A program made the position numbers and the translations under genes. This document shows positions 8,419 to 16,331 of a DNA stretch of 20,557 nt, one piece after another; position 1 is the first letter of the stretch; each line of letters begins with the position of its first letter. The DNA is from Gemmatimonadota bacterium. GTDB lineage: Bacteria; Gemmatimonadota; Gemmatimonadetes; Longimicrobiales; RSA9. Below the pieces are notes generated by a model. That model worked only from the letters and a program-made list of their open reading frames with translations, had not been told where the DNA came from and did no database searches. The stretch spans positions 1 through 20,557 of the forward strand of contig JBBDRO010000020.1 of assembly GCA_040905425.1 (NCBI GenBank). Direction: 5' to 3'.

Positions 8419-10251
8419 GTGATCCCAGAACCACTCAAACCCAAGCTCCGTCAGCTCCCCGCGCGGCCGGGCGTCTACCTGTTCAAGGACGCGCGGGGGG
8501 AGATCCTGTATGTGGGCAAGGCCAATTCGCTGCGCGCCCGGGTGCGCGGGCACTTCGGGCCGGATACCGCCCAGGGGCTGAAGGCCGCCGAGATGGTCCG
8601 CCGGGTGGCGGACGTGGACACCATCGTGGTGGGCTCGGAGGCGGAGGCGTTGCTCCTGGAGGCCAACCTCATCAAGGCGCACAAGCCCCGCTTCAACATC
8701 ATGCTGCGGGATGACAAGCGGTACCCCTACATCAAGGTCACCGTCCAGGAGCCGTTCCCGCGCGTCTTCGTGACCCGCCGCCTGGAGAATGACGGCGCGC
8801 GCTACTTCGGTCCGTTCACGGAGGTGGGCGCGGTGCGCCAGGCGCTGGAAGTGGTCAAGCGGCTCTACACCGTACGCAGCTGCCGCTACGACCTGCCCCG
8901 GGAGACGCCGGAACGGCCATGCCTGGACTACCACATCGGGCGCTGTCTGGCGCCGTGCGTGGGCCTGCAGTCGGAGGCGGAGTACCGCGGCATGACGGAC
9001 GAGATCCTGGAGGTCCTCGGGGGGCGAACGGACGCCGTGCGTGACCGGGTGGAGGAGGACATGGCAGCCGCCGTCGCGGCGCTGGAGTTCGAGCGTGCCG
9101 CCACGCTGCGTGACGTGCTCACCGGCCTGGACGGCATGGAGCGGCGCCAGCGGGCCATGGATCTGCGGGGCGGGGACGCCGACGTGGTGGGCGCCGCGCG
9201 GGACGGGGAGGACGCGTGCGTGGTGCGGCTACGCATCCGCGGCGGCAAGCTGCTCGGGCGCGAGGTGGACTTCTTCGAGAACCTGGCGGACGAGACGGAC
9301 AGCGCGCTGCTCTCGACGGCGACGAGCAGCCTCTACCTGGGCCGTGGCGAAGTGGGGCAGGCGGACCTGCCGCGGGAGATCCTCTTCCCGTGGGAGTTCG
9401 ACGACCGCGCCACGGTGGAGGCGGTGCTCACGGACGTGGCCGGCCGGCGCGTGCACACCCGCGTGCCGCAGAAGGGGGACAAGCTCCGCCTGGTGCAGCT
9501 GGCCGCGCAGAACGCCCGCCACCTGCTCGAGGAGCGCGCGGTGCTGAGCAAGGCAGTCGAGACACGCGCCGACGACGCGCTCTACGAGCTGCAGGAGGCG
9601 CTGGACCTCAAGGTGGTGCCGCGCCTGATCGTCTGCTTCGACATCTCCCATTTGCAGGGCACCGACGTTGTGGCCAGCGCCGTGGCCCTGCGCAACGGGG
9701 AGCCCAGCAAGGCCGACTACCGGCGCTTCCGCATCCGGGGCGACTGGGGGAATGACGACACCGCCTCCATGGCGGAGGTGGTGGGTCGTTATCTGAGTCG
9801 CCGCATCGAGGAGGAGGCGCCGCTGCCCGAGCTCATGGTCATCGACGGCGGGCGCGGCCAGTTGAACGCGGCACTTAAGGCCGCGGCGGCGGCGGGAGCC
9901 CGCGACGTGGCCTGCATCGGCCTGGCAAAGCGGGAGGAGGAGGTCTACCTTCCCGGCCGCTCGGAGGCGCTGCGCCTGCCGCGTACGAGCGCGGCGCTGC
10001 GCCTGCTGCAACGGGTCCGCAACGAGGCGCATCGCTTCGCGCACGGCTACAACCGGAAGCTGCGCGGCAAGCGCACGCTGCGCAGCGCCCTGGCGGACGT
10101 GCCCGGCATCGGCCCGGCGCGCCAGCAGGCGCTGCTCAGCCACTTCGGCAGTGTGCGGGCCGTGAGGGCGGCCAGCGCGGCGGACGTGGCCCGCGTGGCC
10201 GGCTTCTCGGACACGCTGGCCCGCGCCGTGGTGGAGCATCTGAGCGATTGA
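8419..10251 (+). CDS. uvrC: Excinuclease ABC subunit C
   Basis: GIY-YIG domain (PGVYLF...LYVGKA), four-Cys region, UVR motif LEFERAA, RNase H-like domain (CFDISH, DGGRGQ, RNEAHRFA) and C-terminal HhH (VPGIGP). Confidence 0.97.
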   Translation: MIPEPLKPKLRQLPARPGVYLFKDARGEILYVGKANSLRARVRGHFGPDTAQGLKAAEMVRRVADVDTIVVGSEAEALLLEANLIKAHKPRFNIMLRDDKRYPYIKVTVQEPFPRVFVTRRLENDGARYFGPFTEVGAVRQALEVVKRLYTVRSCRYDLPRETPERPCLDYHIGRCLAPCVGLQSEAEYRGMTDEILEVLGGRTDAVRDRVEEDMAAAVAALEFERAATLRDVLTGLDGMERRQRAMDLRGGDADVVGAARDGEDACVVRLRIRGGKLLGREVDFFENLADETDSALLSTATSSLYLGRGEVGQADLPREILFPWEFDDRATVEAVLTDVAGRRVHTRVPQKGDKLRLVQLAAQNARHLLEERAVLSKAVETRADDALYELQEALDLKVVPRLIVCFDISHLQGTDVVASAVALRNGEPSKADYRRFRIRGDWGNDDTASMAEVVGRYLSRRIEEEAPLPELMVIDGGRGQLNAALKAAAAAGARDVACIGLAKREEEVYLPGRSEALRLPRTSAALRLLQRVRNEAHRFAHGYNRKLRGKRTLRSALADVPGIGPARQQALLSHFGSVRAVRAASAADVARVAGFSDTLARAVVEHLSD

Positions 10252-11711
10252 CGTTCCGCGGGCGGCCCGCGGGACAGCCACCGACCACCCGAACCCGCAC
10301 CCGATTGCTCCGCACACGCTTCGCCCCCAGTCCCACCGGTAGCCTGCACCTGGGCAATGCCCGGGTGGCGGTCCTGAACTGGCTCCTGGCCCGCCGCCAT
10401 GGCGGCGCCTTCATCCTGCGCATCGAGGACACGGATCCCGAACGCAACCTGCCGGGCGCAGAGGCGGCCATCATGCGCGATCTCCGCTGGCTGGGGCTGG
10501 ACTGGGACGAAGGCCCGCTCGAGGAGGGAGGGCACGCGGGCGCGTGCGGCCCCTACCGGCAGAGCGAGCGCTCCGAGCGCTACGCGACGGTGGCGGAGCG
10601 GCTGCGGGAAGCGGGACGGGCCTACCCCTGCCATTGCCGGGAGGTGGAGCGGGACGGGGCGCCCGTGCCCCATGATGACCAGGCCTGCGCGGCCCGCTCG
10701 GAGGAAGAGCGTGCCGCGCTGGAGGCCGATGGCGTGGTGCCGGCGCTCCGCTTCCGCGCCGACCAGGAGACGGACCACATCGTGGTGCAGGACGCGGTGC
10801 GCGGGGCCGTGCGCTTCCCCGCGGAGGCCGGCGGCGACTTCGTCCTGCTGCGCTCCGACGGGTCGCCCACCTACGGCTTCGCCGTGGTGGTGGATGACGT
10901 GGACATGGGCATCACGCACGTCGTGCGGGGTGCGGGCCATCTCTCCAACACCCCGCGCCAGGTGCTGCTGTACCGCGCACTCGGCATGGAGCCGCCCGTC
11001 TTTGCCCACATCCCGACCGTCCTGGCCCCCGAGGGCGGCAAGCTCTCCAAGCGCGCCGGCGCCGAGCCGCTGGCGGCGCTGCGCAGCGCGGGCGTGCATC
11101 CGGACGCGGTCGTGAACTACCTCTCGCTCCTGTCATGGTCCAGCGAGAGCGGGGAGGACGTACTGCCGCGGGAGCGGCTCATGGCGGAAATCTCCCTGGA
11201 GCGCATCGGCGCCGGGGACGTCATGCATGACCCCGCCCGCCTCCGCTGGCTCTCCGCCCGCCATATCGAGGCCATGCCGCTCGACGCCCTGGTGGCGGCC
11301 GTCCGCCCCTGGGTGCCGGCGGCCGGCGTCCCCGTCTCCGACGAGGTGCTGCCCGCCGCGGTGGCCGGGGTGCGCACGCACCTGGCCGCCTTCGAGGACA
11401 TCGCCGCGCAGCTGCGACGCTACTTCCCCGAGCAGGATGCGCACGCGCCGCTGCCCGCGGAGGAGGCACGCCTGGCCGGCGGCGTGGCGGTGGCGCTTGC
11501 GGAACTGCCGGCCTGGGAGGAGGACGCGTTGGGCAAGGTGGTGCGGGCGGTGGGGGCCGAACTCGGGCACCGCGGGCGGGCGCTCTTCGAGCCGCTGCGC
11601 ACGGCGTTGACGGGGGAGCCTCATGGTCCGCCGCTGCCCACCATCCTGCTCGTGCAGGGCCGAGACATGGCGCTCCACCGGCTGCGCCAGGCGGCGGGAG
11701 AGCGCGCATGA
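10248..11711 (+). CDS. gltX: Glutamate--tRNA ligase, full length with anticodon-binding domain
   Basis: RFAPSPTG, HLGN (HIGH motif), RIEDTD, KLSKR and C-terminal PLRTALTG..HGP. Start uncertain: TTG 10248 (overlap with the uvrC stop) or TTG 10305. Confidence 0.9.
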   Translation: MTFRGRPAGQPPTTRTRTRLLRTRFAPSPTGSLHLGNARVAVLNWLLARRHGGAFILRIEDTDPERNLPGAEAAIMRDLRWLGLDWDEGPLEEGGHAGACGPYRQSERSERYATVAERLREAGRAYPCHCREVERDGAPVPHDDQACAARSEEERAALEADGVVPALRFRADQETDHIVVQDAVRGAVRFPAEAGGDFVLLRSDGSPTYGFAVVVDDVDMGITHVVRGAGHLSNTPRQVLLYRALGMEPPVFAHIPTVLAPEGGKLSKRAGAEPLAALRSAGVHPDAVVNYLSLLSWSSESGEDVLPRERLMAEISLERIGAGDVMHDPARLRWLSARHIEAMPLDALVAAVRPWVPAAGVPVSDEVLPAAVAGVRTHLAAFEDIAAQLRRYFPEQDAHAPLPAEEARLAGGVAVALAELPAWEEDALGKVVRAVGAELGHRGRALFEPLRTALTGEPHGPPLPTILLVQGRDMALHRLRQAAGERA

Positions 11712-12886
11712 AGGGGCTGATCTTCGATCCCTTCGCCGGCATCAGTGGGGACATGACGCTGGGGGCCCTGGTGGACCTGGGCCTGGAACCAGCCTGGCTG
11801 CGCGCCTTCGCCGGCTCCCTGCGCCTCGGCCCCGTGGACGTAGTGATCGAGCGCGTCATGCGGCGCGGCATCGCGGCCCACGCCGTACGCTTCGACCTGC
11901 CGCCCGAGGACGCCCATCGGCACCTGCGCCACATCGTGGAGATCGTGGAGGCCACGGGCGCCCCAGCGGCCGTGCGGGAACGCGCCACGGCCGCCTTCCG
12001 CCGCATCGCAGCGGCCGAGGCGGAGGTGCACGGCACCACGCTGGAGCGCGTACACTTCCACGAGGTGGGCGCCCGGGACGCCATCCTGGACGTACTGTGC
12101 GCCATGGCCGGCGTGGCGGAGCTGGGCTTCGAGGCGTTCTACACGCGGCCGGTCAGCGTGGGTCGCGGGTTCGTGGACATCGCACACGGGCGCTACCCGC
12201 TGCCGGCGCCCGCCACGCTGCGCATTCTCGAGGGGCTTTCACTGCGGGACCCTGGCTTCGACGGGGAGTGTACCACTCCCACGGGCGCGGCCATCCTGGC
12301 CACGCTCACGGGGGGTGCCGAGCCACCCATGGAGGTGCGACCGCTCCGTTCCGGGTTCGGCGCCGGGAGCCGGGATCCGGCGGACCGCCCGAACTGCCTC
12401 CGGCTGGTGGCGTGTGAGGTCCCGGGCGAGCGCGGCGAGGCGCTCTACCTGGTGCAGGCGGACGTGGACGATCTGGCGCCGGAATACGCGCCGGCCGCGC
12501 TGGACGCGCTGCTCGCGGCCGGCGCGCTGGATGCCGTGCTCCTGCCTGTGGCCATGAAGAAGGGACGGGCCGGCCAGCGCGTGGAGGCGCTGGCGCCGGC
12601 CTCGCGGCTACAGGAGGTGCTGGAGGCCGCGCTGAGCGCCACGCCCACGCTGGGCGTGCGCTATTGGCCCGTGCAGCGGCCCGCGCTGCCGCGCCGCGAG
12701 GAGGAGGTCACCTGGCGGGGCCACCGCATTCGCCTCAAGGTGGTGGCGCTGCCCGGCGGCGGGACCCGGGCCAAGCCTGAATTCGAGGACGTGGCGGCGG
12801 CCGGGCAAGCGCTCGGAATGGCGCCCCACGCCGTGCGTCAGGCGCTCGAACGGGAGTTGCCACATTTTCGAGATGGAAGTGTATAA
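11708..12886 (+). CDS. larC: Nickel-pincer cofactor nickel insertase (LarC/DUF111 family)
   Basis: AGISGDMTLGAL, VHFHEVGA, TPTGAAIL, GFGAG, MKKGR, TLGVR and KPEFED. SD GGGAG at 11696-11700. ATGA overlap with gltX. Confidence 0.93.
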   Translation: MKGLIFDPFAGISGDMTLGALVDLGLEPAWLRAFAGSLRLGPVDVVIERVMRRGIAAHAVRFDLPPEDAHRHLRHIVEIVEATGAPAAVRERATAAFRRIAAAEAEVHGTTLERVHFHEVGARDAILDVLCAMAGVAELGFEAFYTRPVSVGRGFVDIAHGRYPLPAPATLRILEGLSLRDPGFDGECTTPTGAAILATLTGGAEPPMEVRPLRSGFGAGSRDPADRPNCLRLVACEVPGERGEALYLVQADVDDLAPEYAPAALDALLAAGALDAVLLPVAMKKGRAGQRVEALAPASRLQEVLEAALSATPTLGVRYWPVQRPALPRREEEVTWRGHRIRLKVVALPGGGTRAKPEFEDVAAAGQALGMAPHAVRQALERELPHFRDGSV

Positions 12887-12925
12887 ATGCCTACTGACAA
12901 ACGACTTGAGCTTCGGAGCGGAGGT
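12857..12925 (+). promoter_or_regulatory. AT-rich candidate promoter in the larC 3' end, plus the SD of the TPR gene
   Basis: TTGCCA (12857-12862), 19-bp spacer, TATAAA (12882-12887). Clear SD GGAGGT at 12920-12925, 6 nt before ATG 12932. The SD is well supported; the promoter boxes are tentative. Confidence 0.45.
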
Positions 12926-12931
12926 TTCCGT

Positions 12932-14383
12932 ATGAGCTATTCGGGGTGGAAGCTGGCGGCGCTGGCACTGCTGGTGGCGCTGCCCGCCACGGCCCAGGCC
13001 CAGCGCCCGTCGAGCACGATGCACACGCGCAGCGCCGACCTGTATCTGCAACAGGCGGCCGAGACACGCGTGGAGGCGGAGCGTCGGGATAATTTCGAGA
13101 AGGCGCTGGAGCAGGCACGCGAGGGCATGGAGGCCATGCCCGAGAACCCCACGCCCTGGCTGCAGGCCGGCCAGGCGCACGCCGGGCTGGGCAACGTGCT
13201 GGCCGCCGATTCGGCCTTCGACCGCGCCGAGCAGCTGTGGCCGGAGTATGAAGAGGAAATCGAGGGGTATCGGATTTCCCTCTGGGCGGAGTCCTACAAC
13301 GCGGCCATCCCACTCTACACCGAGCGCGACTTCGCGGCGGCCATCGAACATCTGGAGCGGGCGCACGCCATCTATCAGGACCGGCCGGAGGCCATGGAGC
13401 TGCTGGCTGCGCTTTACGCCCAGGAGGGGCGCGCCGAAGAGGCCGAGCGGCTCTTCCGCCAGACGCTGGAGCTGGTGAGCGGGCCGCTGCGCGCAGAGCA
13501 GACGCCGGAGGCGCAGGAGGCCTGGGCGAAGATCCAGGCCAACGTGGCCCTGGATTTCTCCAACCTGCTGGTGTCCGCTGATCGCCTGGACGAGGCCGAG
13601 ACGCTCTATCGCCAGCTGCTCGAGGCCAACCCGAACGACGCGGTAGTCAGGAGCAACCTGGCCGTGGTCCTCACCCGGCAGGGGCGAACCGACGAGGCCA
13701 ACGCCATCTACACCGCGCTGCTGGACAGCCCCGACGTGACGACCGATGACGCGTTCGCCATCGGCATCACCCTCTTCCGGGGTGAGGACTACGAGCCCGC
13801 GGCCCGGGCCTTCGAGCGAGCGGCCGAGGTGAACCCCTGGGCCTACGACGCCCTCTACATGCTCGGGCAGTCACACTTCTTCGTGGGCCAGGCGGGGCAG
13901 GAAGCGCTCGAGGAGGGCGCCAGTGCGGACACGGCGGCCGTCATCGAGACCTACGAGCGGCTGGCCGAAGTGGCCGAGCGCCTGGAGGAGATCAATCCGC
14001 TGAACGCGGACATCCTGATCATGCGGGCGCAGGCGCAACGCGGCCTCGGTGACCTCACCAGCGGCGCTGCCTCCCGGGAGTGGAAGACCGGCGCGCTGGC
14101 GGCCCTGGAGCGGCGTCAGGCACTCACCTTCGAGGTGACGGAGGTGGCCATCACCACCGAGGACGGCACGACGCGGGCAAGCGGGGAGGTGCTGAACCAC
14201 GCTGTTGCAGCGGGAGAGCCGCTGACCTTCCGCGTGGCGGCCGTCGATGCCTCGGGCAACGAGATGGGTGGTCAGGCCGTGAGCGTACCCGCACCCGCGA
14301 CGGAGCAGGGCACGACCTTCGAGGCGTCCTTCGACGTGTCGGGCACCGTCGCCGGATGGAAGATCACGCCCACCGGCATGTGA
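12932..14383 (+). CDS. Exported tetratricopeptide-repeat protein with C-terminal beta-rich (FxLYD-like) domain
   Basis: Sec signal peptide MSYSGWKLAALALLVALPATAQA followed by Q. Repeated TPR-like helices (AIEHLERA, AETLYRQLLEANPND, AARAFERAAEVNP). C-terminal GEVLN...VDASGNEMG...F segment. Start reassigned from the SD (483 aa). Confidence 0.85.
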   Translation: MSYSGWKLAALALLVALPATAQAQRPSSTMHTRSADLYLQQAAETRVEAERRDNFEKALEQAREGMEAMPENPTPWLQAGQAHAGLGNVLAADSAFDRAEQLWPEYEEEIEGYRISLWAESYNAAIPLYTERDFAAAIEHLERAHAIYQDRPEAMELLAALYAQEGRAEEAERLFRQTLELVSGPLRAEQTPEAQEAWAKIQANVALDFSNLLVSADRLDEAETLYRQLLEANPNDAVVRSNLAVVLTRQGRTDEANAIYTALLDSPDVTTDDAFAIGITLFRGEDYEPAARAFERAAEVNPWAYDALYMLGQSHFFVGQAGQEALEEGASADTAAVIETYERLAEVAERLEEINPLNADILIMRAQAQRGLGDLTSGAASREWKTGALAALERRQALTFEVTEVAITTEDGTTRASGEVLNHAVAAGEPLTFRVAAVDASGNEMGGQAVSVPAPATEQGTTFEASFDVSGTVAGWKITPTGM

Positions 14384-14448
14384 GGCGCGGACGGCGCACG
14401 CTTCTTGCTCGATCGGCGCCGGACTGCCTACCCGAAGTGAGGAATAAC

Positions 14449-14958
14449 ATGGAACGATCCCCGGTGCAGCTCGACGCTCCCAGCCGGCCCTGTCCGAACT
14501 GCGGGCAGGACATCGACGAGAATGCGTCCGCGTGCCCGGCCTGCGGCCACCTCTTCGTGGACGCCCGTTGCGACCGCCATCCCGACCGCGCCGCGACCGG
14601 CCGCTGCGCCGTGTGCGGCACGGCCGTGTGCGACGAGGATGACATCGACGGTCCGACGCACCATCTCTGTCGCGACCACCATCATGTAGGCGTGGTGGAC
14701 GGCTGGGCTCAGGTCTACTCCACCTCGGACGATCTCGAAGCCAGCCTGATCCGCGACAACCTGCGCGCCGAGGGACTGGACGCGGAGATCCTATCCCAGA
14801 AGGATCATTTCTCGCTGCCCACCGATCTGGGTGATCTCAGTCCGGTGCGCGTTCTGGTCCCCGTGTGGGACTACGAGACGGCGAGCGCCGTGCTGGCGGA
14901 GCACATGGACGAGGAGGGCCAGGTGAGCTTCGAGGACAAGACGGCCGAGCCCGGTTGA
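14449..14958 (+). CDS. Zinc-ribbon + B-box-like + DUF2007-like protein
   Basis: SD GAGGA at 14439-14443 before ATG 14449 (169 aa). CPNC-x10-CPAC; C-x2-H-x8-C-x2-C-x4-C-x2-D-x9-C-x2-H; then WAQVY...EASLIRDNLRAEGL...VRVLVP...ETASAVL resembling DUF2007. Confidence 0.8.
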   Translation: MERSPVQLDAPSRPCPNCGQDIDENASACPACGHLFVDARCDRHPDRAATGRCAVCGTAVCDEDDIDGPTHHLCRDHHHVGVVDGWAQVYSTSDDLEASLIRDNLRAEGLDAEILSQKDHFSLPTDLGDLSPVRVLVPVWDYETASAVLAEHMDEEGQVSFEDKTAEPG

Positions 14959-14964
14959 ACCGCC

Positions 14965-14993
14965 TTGAGGCGGCGGAGCTTTTCCGCTAAATT
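14965..14993 (+). promoter_or_regulatory. Candidate sigma70 promoter for the DUF512-der-plsY-gpsA-merR-surE run
   Basis: TTGAGG (14965-14970), 17-bp spacer, TAAATT (14988-14993), in a locally AT-rich intergenic patch. Confidence 0.6.
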
Positions 14994-15015
14994 TCTCTGT
15001 CTGTGTCCGCGCACG

Positions 15016-15039
15016 AGGGGCAGCCTCCAGGCTGCCCCT
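15016..15039 (+). other. Perfect inverted repeat/hairpin in the putative 5' UTR
   Basis: AGGGGCAGCCT (15016-15026), CC, AGGCTGCCCCT (15029-15039): an exact 11-bp inverted repeat. Confidence 0.7.
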
Positions 15040-15059
15040 TCCTGCACCATTCGAGGTCC

Positions 15060-16331
15060 ATGGTCCGTATTGCCAGCATCCATCCTGGAACGGTGGCCGA
15101 CGAGCTCCAGCTCGAGATCGGCAGCCGTATCCTGCGCATCAACGGCGAACCCGTGCGGGACGTGGTGGATCTGCGCTTCCTGGAGACGGACGATCGGGTG
15201 GAGGTGGAGGTGGCCCCGCCGTGCGGCGGCGAGCGGCTGCTCTACGAGATCCACAAGGACGCCGGTGAGGCGCTCGGCGTGGTGCCGGCGCCGGATGCCG
15301 TCCGTCAGTGTGCCAACAAGTGTGTCTTCTGCTTCGTGGACGGCAATCCGGCGGGCGCCCGCAGCGCGCTGCATCTGAAGGATGACGATTTCCGCCTCTC
15401 CTTCACGTATGGCAGCTACGTCACGCTGACCAACCTCGGACCGCGCGGCTTCCAGCGCCTCATCGATCAGCGCCTCTCGCCGCTCTACGTGAGTGTGCAC
15501 GCCACCGAACCGGAGATCCGGGAGCGCATCCTGGGCGTGCCGCGTGGTGGCGACGTCATGGCTCAGCTCGAGCAGCTCACGGCAGCCGGGCTCGACGTGC
15601 ACACCCAGATCGTGCTCTGTCCGGGATGGAACGACGGCGCACATCTGGACCGCACGCTGGATGATCTCTTCAGCCTGGGTGAGGGGGTCCTCTCCCTCTC
15701 GGTGGTGCCGGTGGGCCTCACCCGCTACAACCTGGATCGACCCGTGCGGCTGCTCACACGGGCGGAAGCCGGCCGGGCGCTGGACCAGGTGGAGCGGACC
15801 CGGGAGCGGGCACTCGCGGAGCGGGGCATGGGCTGGGCGTACGCCGGTGACGAGCTGTACTTCATTGCCGAACGCCCCCTGCCGGCGGACGCCTACTACG
15901 ATGACTGGCCACTCACGGAGAATGGCGTGGGCGCCGTGCGGGGGCTGCTGAACGAATTCGAGGCGGGACTGGGCGGGCTGCCCCGCCTGGACGGCCGGCG
16001 CATCGCGCTCGTCACGGGCACCCGCATGGCCCCGATCCTGGCCGACCTGGCGGGCAGGGCGGAAGCGGCCACCGGAGCCAGCATCCAGGTGCTCCCCGTG
16101 GCGAACAGCTACTTCGGGGACACGGTCAACACGGCGGGACTGCTGCCGGGCGCGGCAGTGGGCAACGCGCTGCGGGGCGGTGACTTCGATGCTGCGCTGC
16201 TGCCCGCCGAAGCGCTCAACGATGATGGCCGCTTCGCCGATGACGTGGCGCTGGCCGAACTGGTCCATGCGCTGGCGCCGCTCCGCCTCCGACCCGCGCA
16301 CTTCCTGGCCGACGGGCTGGCCGGCCTGTGA
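15060..16331 (+). CDS. PDZ + radical SAM-like Fe-S protein (DUF512 / TIGR03279-like)
   Basis: N-terminal PDZ-like VRIASIHPGTVADELQLEIGSRILRING, CANKCVFC (CxxxCxxC, 15309-15332), KDDDFRLSF, QIVLCPGWNDG, VVPVGLT, DELY, ENGVG, NSYFG and AGLL. ATG 15060 preferred over GTG 15003. Confidence 0.88.
   Translation: MVRIASIHPGTVADELQLEIGSRILRINGEPVRDVVDLRFLETDDRVEVEVAPPCGGERLLYEIHKDAGEALGVVPAPDAVRQCANKCVFCFVDGNPAGARSALHLKDDDFRLSFTYGSYVTLTNLGPRGFQRLIDQRLSPLYVSVHATEPEIRERILGVPRGGDVMAQLEQLTAAGLDVHTQIVLCPGWNDGAHLDRTLDDLFSLGEGVLSLSVVPVGLTRYNLDRPVRLLTRAEAGRALDQVERTRERALAERGMGWAYAGDELYFIAERPLPADAYYDDWPLTENGVGAVRGLLNEFEAGLGGLPRLDGRRIALVTGTRMAPILADLAGRAEAATGASIQVLPVANSYFGDTVNTAGLLPGAAVGNALRGGDFDAALLPAEALNDDGRFADDVALAELVHALAPLRLRPAHFLADGLAGL

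Noticed and set aside
6943..8934. 663-aa minus-strand ORF opposite murJ/uvrC
   Set aside because: Antisense shadow of two well-supported genes, with no family motifs.
10248..11711. Call as GluQ-RS (YadB)
   Set aside because: The protein is about 470-490 aa and keeps the C-terminal anticodon-binding domain that GluQ-RS lacks.
11708..12886. Programmed frameshift or split larC1/larC2
   Set aside because: Both LarC domains are in one uninterrupted reading frame.
12887..12931. TPR gene start at ATG 12887
   Set aside because: ATG 12932 has an ideal SD and begins directly with a signal peptide.
14080..14448. 292-aa version of the zinc-finger ORF starting at 14080
   Set aside because: It overlaps the TPR gene by about 300 nt with Arg/Gly-rich off-frame sequence. 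ATG 14449 has a proper SD.
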